DNA from: an uncultured Fibrobacterota bacterium
Lineage (GTDB): Bacteria; Fibrobacterota; Chitinivibrionia; Chitinivibrionales; FEN-1185
Length of the DNA stretch: 64,000 nucleotides
Reading direction: 5' to 3'
Assembly (NCBI GenBank): GCA_963753345.1
Contig: CAVWBU010000026.1
Span: 228,398-292,397 of the forward strand
In this document: positions 59,723 to 64,000 of the stretch, in pieces
Position numbering within the stretch: the first letter of the stretch is position 1
Layout of the letters: the number at the start of each line of letters is the position of its first letter
Position numbers and translations under genes: made by a program
The notes under the pieces: model-generated
The model's database searches: none
Told to the model about the DNA's origin: nothing
Seen by the model: the letters and a program-made list of their open reading frames with translations, nothing else

Positions 59723-60571
59723 CTATCTCCAGAGAATCTCCGGTTCCCTGTACACAACTTCTTTGGAATAGCTATTCCTGGCATATCCGAATGCAGAGAC
59801 CGCAAAGATAGTGTATCCTTGCGGAAACTTGACAATGTTTTCAATCCTTTTGTGCGCGTGTTGAGCATAGCCCACGATAAAACTATCGATGCCTGCTGTC
59901 TTACCGAAAAGCATCATATAGTGCTGCGCTGCAACGCAATCGTCTTTTGAATTTGTACCGCCGGTTGGGGCTGCAACGCACACTATGCATTTCGCGTTCC
60001 GGAAAACTTTATCAATTCCCCTTTCATTCTCGGCAACAAGCTTTTTAAATCCTCTTGTGAGCTCTGTCAATTCGTTACGGGCATGCTTGCTTATTAATGA
60101 AATAAGTGTAAGTGTGATCGGATTTAAGATCCAAAGTAAAGCTCTGTAGGTTTTGACGATTTCCGACCTGATTTTCTTTATGTCGTCGGGATTTGTGACA
60201 ACGAGATATTTTCTTGTGCGAAAATTGTGAGCGCTTGGTGCCTTTTCGGCGTACTTGATCAGCTGTTTGATGGTTTCCTGGGCGACGACAGAGTCCTTAA
60301 AAGACCGGACAGACCGTTTTTTATGGAAAAGCAGTGCATCGGTCGGCAGGTTTTGTGGAATATCTTGAATCCGAAAGTACCTGGGCGAATCCGTGTCTTT
60401 GAACGCAATCGCATTTTCGGGACAAATCGCGGCGCAATGTCCGCACGCAATGCATAATTCGGGATGCCCGCTTGTTAATGCGCCGTTGAGCGCCAAGACT
60501 CCTGCAGGGCATTCCTGCATGCATTTTCCACACATCGTGCATTTTGAGCTGTCGATGGAAAGATTATCCAT
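59723..60571 (-). CDS. Nitroreductase-family protein with an N-terminal 2x[4Fe-4S] ferredoxin domain
   Basis: CTMCGKCMQECP, CIACGHCAAICP, KRSVRSF and APSAHN. Confidence 0.9.
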   Translation of the reverse strand: MDNLSIDSSKCTMCGKCMQECPAGVLALNGALTSGHPELCIACGHCAAICPENAIAFKDTDSPRYFRIQDIPQNLPTDALLFHKKRSVRSFKDSVVAQETIKQLIKYAEKAPSAHNFRTRKYLVVTNPDDIKKIRSEIVKTYRALLWILNPITLTLISLISKHARNELTELTRGFKKLVAENERGIDKVFRNAKCIVCVAAPTGGTNSKDDCVAAQHYMMLFGKTAGIDSFIVGYAQHAHKRIENIVKFPQGYTIFAVSAFGYARNSYSKEVVYREPEILWR

Positions 60572-60738
60572 TTTGTCTATCGCTCCATAGAAAGGGGGAG
60601 TGGAATCGGTAGCGAAGAGTACAAAAATACGCAAAGTGATCCGGAAACATTCCTCAAATCCTGATTAAGAACGGTAAGATCGTTTGGCGTAAATTGATTG
60701 GTATTATTGTTATTTGTATTATTCATTGAATTTCTAAT

Positions 60739-60876
60739 GCCTAACGTGGAGCTAATATGCCGGACTACGACCGCATTTTCTATTTGCAAACCACCAATCT
60801 TTCTTGAATAGGCGAGAGCCGGCACGCCAAAGGTGTTTGCAAATGCGGACGGTCATGATTTAGCGACTTGTTATAA
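60739..60876 (-). repeat. attC site D (diverged long type)
   Basis: Plus strand GCCTAAC...GTTATAA, 138 bp; stems GCTAA/TTAGC, CCGCATTT/AAATGCGG and GCAAAC/GTTTGC. Confidence 0.92.
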
Positions 60877-61122
60877 ATTGTTATCTTGATTTCTAGTCTT
60901 TTAAGTAAACTAAGTACCCGTCGGCGGTTCCGAAGCCGATTAAGGGCTTATTTCGGAATAATCTTCTATTTTTATATTGTCTTCAATCTCTTAATTTTCC
61001 TGGCGCAATTCCCACCATTTAAGCCCACCAGCGCGCCATTCTTAATTTGTTTTCGGCACAATGCCTGCCATTTACGCCCGCCAGAGTGCCGTTTTATTGT
61101 CTTATTGATTCTTCATTTCAAT
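60877..61122 (-). other. ORF-less cassette payload 1
   Basis: Cassette ends GTTATAAATTG/CAATTTATAAC are complementary over 11 bp; no minus-strand ORF of 60 aa or more. Confidence 0.75.
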
Positions 61123-61260
61123 TTATAACGCCGCGCTAATATGCCTGACTACGACCGCATTTTCCCTGCGCAAACCACGAATCTTGTATGAAGAACCGAC
61201 CGACCGCGAACCAAAGGTGTTTGCAAATGCGGAAGGTCATGATTTAGCGCGTTGTTATAG
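61123..61260 (-). repeat. attC site E (consensus long type)
   Basis: Plus strand TTATAAC...GTTATAG, 138 bp imperfect palindrome. Confidence 0.95.
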
Positions 61261-61268
61261 CCCCTGTT

Positions 61269-62213
61269 CTAATTCTGGTTGGTCTGTTCGTCTGAAGATA
61301 AAATTGATTTATATTCTGTATTGTCAGAAATGCCCATGCTTTTAAAGAGCGTACTTTTTAGGTCTGCTAATTCAGTCTTCTTGTTGACGAAAACCTTGCA
61401 ACTTGTTTCGAGTTTCGGAAACGGCTTGTAAACCCAAATCGAAACAAGGCCATTGAAAGCATTTAATCCCGCCTGCCTTTCCTTGTAGCAATACCCACCA
61501 AGAAATATCCGACTTCCGATTACTGCATTTCCCGAAAGCTTATAAATCTCCGGTTTGAATTTCAAGAGGAGAATATTATCTGTGGTTGGCATTGCACCAG
61601 GAATATTCTCCATTTCTCCAATCTGCATTTCCTCAAACCCACCCTTTTCTTCATTTTCACCAGTATATCTGCAGGGTTTTGCTGTTCCCCATATTTGAAC
61701 GGTGTCGCTGCGTATGTCCTTAACGACTCCACTTATAAGAAATAGCTTATTTGCAACGACCATGCTATCAAAGCTCTGTACAACCAATGTCCATTCAGAA
61801 TTAATGCTGTCTACCTTCGATATTCTTGAAGCATTCAGTTGTCTAAAAGCGAGCTTACATTTCCCTATTTTGGAAGTGATTAGCTGTGGGTTCTTCAATA
61901 AGGAATCCATTTGAAAGTCGGGATATAGACCATTTGACACGCCGCTCTGGATTTGGCGGTAAATATTTATTGCGCCAACATAATCGGTATTTTTAATGTC
62001 GATTTCAGCCGTAGCCATTAATTGCTGTCGGTTTTTCTCTTGTTCACGTATTTGATTTTCTTGTGCGATTGAATCGGCCGTGGCCCTGTTGCGGGAATTC
62101 TGGACCCAATCATCTTGCGATGTTGCTTGATGTAAATTGTGCAAAATGCCACCGCAGTTCAAATGGATTAAGGAGATTAAAACAGCAGACAGTAGTAAAT
62201 GTTTCTTTTTCAT
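61269..62213 (-). CDS. Cassette-encoded hypothetical lipoprotein
   Basis: MKKKHLLL..HLNC signal; AT-rich; stop 8 bp before attC E. Confidence 0.8.
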   Translation of the reverse strand: MKKKHLLLSAVLISLIHLNCGGILHNLHQATSQDDWVQNSRNRATADSIAQENQIREQEKNRQQLMATAEIDIKNTDYVGAINIYRQIQSGVSNGLYPDFQMDSLLKNPQLITSKIGKCKLAFRQLNASRISKVDSINSEWTLVVQSFDSMVVANKLFLISGVVKDIRSDTVQIWGTAKPCRYTGENEEKGGFEEMQIGEMENIPGAMPTTDNILLLKFKPEIYKLSGNAVIGSRIFLGGYCYKERQAGLNAFNGLVSIWVYKPFPKLETSCKVFVNKKTELADLKSTLFKSMGISDNTEYKSILSSDEQTNQN

Positions 62214-62282
62214 TGTGAGTTTTGCCCTTACTATCGGTGAATTGATTTCTGATTTGGTCTTAATCAGCATTGAATCGGCCTA

Positions 62283-62501
62283 TTATCTTTTATCCGGATG
62301 CAATTCATGGGCGGCTTTTGAGGCTTTGGCTAATAGATTTTTGCAACATCCGGCAATTGTGTAATGGATTTTTCCGCCGATTGTTTGATTTATTACCAAT
62401 CTCGCAGAAGCCTCGTGTTTTTTGCAAGAGATATCGCAGATCTTTTGAGATAGTTCTTCGTACTGAATCTGTCTGTTGTCGAGATCAAGCCTTCTTTCCA
62501 T
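62283..62501 (-). CDS. Cassette-encoded small hypothetical protein (CxxH and CC motifs)
   Basis: AAGGA RBS plus ATG; first ORF of a two-gene cassette. Confidence 0.6.
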   Translation of the reverse strand: MERRLDLDNRQIQYEELSQKICDISCKKHEASARLVINQTIGGKIHYTIAGCCKNLLAKASKAAHELHPDKR

Positions 62502-62568
62502 GAATTTCCTTTTATAATTGTGCATTAATAGGCATATCGACCGCATTGTCTGTTTGTTATTTGTGTGG

Positions 62569-62706
62569 CTATAACGCCGCGCTAATATGCCTGACTACGA
62601 CCGCATTTTCTCTCCGCAAACCACGAATCTTGTATGAAGAACCAACCGACCGCGAACCAAAGGTGTTTGCAAATGCGGAAGGTCATGATTTAGCGCGTTG
62701 TTAGGC
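62569..62706 (-). repeat. attC site F (consensus long type)
   Basis: Plus strand CTATAAC...GTTAGGC; nearly identical to E. Confidence 0.95.
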
Positions 62707-63127
62707 TTTCGCATTGCATTATGGTATTTTGCAATATATTTGTATTCTTATTGTTTGTGCATTCATCATCTATTTGCTCTCTTATTCGTTTTGATTTCTT
62801 AATACTATGAATAAACGTCGGAATTTCCACAGATATTGACAGTGCTGCAACTATTCCAATAATTCCCCATGTAATTTTGTCTCTGTCCGACGGTTCTGAA
62901 CTTTTCTGAATTGTTCCGTCTTGGGACCGCGGCGGCGGATCAGCATGGTAAGTTGAAATAAGAAGACCATAGAACGCTAATCCAACAGAAATGGCAATAC
63001 AGCCGACATCTATTGATTTAAATATCCTTTCATTTCTTAAATTCAATTTCAATTGACCGCAATCCGCCGAAAGAGCCGAACTTGCGAATAGTGTAGAAAT
63101 AAGAATTGTACTAATTATTTTGATCAT
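62690..63127 (-). CDS. Cassette-encoded membrane protein (signal peptide plus 2 TM helices)
   Basis: ATG 10 bp after the core site; the stop lies inside attC F, as is common in cassettes. Confidence 0.78.
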   Translation of the reverse strand: MIKIISTILISTLFASSALSADCGQLKLNLRNERIFKSIDVGCIAISVGLAFYGLLISTYHADPPPRSQDGTIQKSSEPSDRDKITWGIIGIVAALSISVEIPTFIHSIKKSKRIREQIDDECTNNKNTNILQNTIMQCESLTTR

Positions 63128-63137
63128 TTTATTTCAA

Positions 63138-63276
63138 GCATAACGTGCGGTTAATATGCCCGACTAAGACTGCATTTTACCTTTGCAAACCACAAAAGCT
63201 TGTGTAAAGAATCGACCGCCTGCAAACCAAAGCTGTTTGCAAACGCGGAGGGTCATGATTGAACCGCTTGTTATAG
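63138..63276 (-). repeat. attC site G (diverged long type)
   Basis: Plus strand GCATAAC...GTTATAG; compensated stem GCGGTT/AACCGC. Confidence 0.92.
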
Positions 63277-63553
63277 CTCTTGTGTTGAATTTTGTTCTGA
63301 ATTGATTGATTGCCTTGTCCGAATGGATTTGCATTTGTCTTAAATAATTCGGTCTGATTTTGAACCCTTCCCACCGAGTCCTAGGAATCTACCGAAAAGT
63401 TCCCCGGAAATATTGGATTTCGGCTTGATTAATTCGTAAGTTGTTTGACCCCATCCAACCGAATCCAACGATTTAACCTGAAGATCTCCTCGAATGTGTT
63501 TTCTTGTCCGATTGCTTTTTGTCCTTTTCCGATAAATTGCATTTAAATTTGGG
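63277..63553 (-). other. ORF-less cassette payload 2
   Basis: Cassette ends GTTATAGC/GCTATAAC; no contained ORF with a credible start. Confidence 0.72.
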
Positions 63554-63630
63554 CTATAACGTGGCAGTAACATGCCGGTGTATGACTGCATACCGGCTGC
63601 AGCCGGTCATTCTTGACTGCCTTGTTATGT
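63554..63630 (-). repeat. attC site H (short type, 77 bp)
   Basis: Plus strand CTATAAC-GTG-GCAGT...ACTGC-CTT-GTTATGT; shares GACTGCATACCG..AGCCGGTCAT with attC C. Confidence 0.9.
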
Positions 63631-63868
63631 TTCCTTTTTGCGTTTTGCCTTTTCCGAATTGACTTGATTCTGGGTTTATTAATCCGGTCTGGTGCAAACC
63701 GATTCCTACGAGTCCAACAACCAATCCGTAATCTCTTCCGTACTTCTTGTCTCTTGTTTTCAATAATTCGGTCTGGTGTATACCGATTCCATTGGGTTCC
63801 TGCCTGTCCGGAAATTATCTCCTTATTAAATTTCTTGTCTTTTTTCGATTAATTGCTTTCATTTTGAA
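63631..63868 (-). other. ORF-less cassette payload 3
   Basis: Cassette ends GTTATGTTT/AAACATAAC; contains an internal 27-bp direct repeat. Confidence 0.72.
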
Positions 63869-64000
63869 ACATAACGCCGCGCTAATATGCCTGACTACGA
63901 CCGCATTTTCTCTTTGCAAACCACGAATCTTGTATGAAGAACCGACCGCCCGCGAACCAAAGCTGTTTGCAAATGCGGAAGGTCATGATTTAGCGCGTTG
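63869..64000 (-). repeat. attC site I (consensus long type, cut by the window edge)
   Basis: ACATAACGCCGCGCTAATATGCC...GATTTAGCGCGTTG, nearly identical to E and F. Confidence 0.95.

Noticed and set aside
60886-61128. 80-aa plus-strand ORF (and the similar 63613-63852) spanning ORF-less cassettes
   Set aside because: Antisense to the array, TTG starts without an RBS, and low-complexity F/L/I content expected from an A-poor strand with few stop codons. Not fully excluded without Ribo-seq.
52190-64000. The ~138-bp repeats as a CRISPR array
   Set aside because: The repeats are too long, are separated by 240-4200 bp gene-bearing units, have RYYYAAC/GTTRRRY ends, and no cas genes are present. They are attC sites.
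1-64000. tRNA, rRNA, prophage or integron-integrase genes
   Set aside because: None recognised in the window.

Overview
GC-rich bacterial chromosome segment, probably Fibrobacterota (Chitinivibrionia/Chitinispirillia-like). This is inferred from a FISUMP-domain lipoprotein and many secreted proteins ending in a T9SS-like C-terminal sorting tail. The window has four zones. (1) 1-27 kb: housekeeping and envelope genes (AckA-PduL fusion, DAHP synthase, MgtA plus PTS-EIIA, a LytS/LytTR pair, system II cytochrome c biogenesis), with several families of structured intergenic repeats. (2) 27-42 kb: a minus-strand cluster of secreted proteins, including a GH105-like enzyme and nine tandem paralogous non-catalytic CBM6-like proteins. 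(3) 42-52 kb: Bcp, MFS, a fur-feoA-feoB operon with a Fur box, GH16 and an oxidoreductase. (4) 52-64 kb: the distal part of a minus-strand integron cassette array with 9 attC sites and no integrase in the window. The array contains ORF-less cassettes, an IS1182-family element inserted exactly at an attC crossover (its end regenerates the GTTRRRY core site), and an IS91-like transposase inside an apparently inflated cassette. All family assignments come from motif recognition by eye; no database searches were run.
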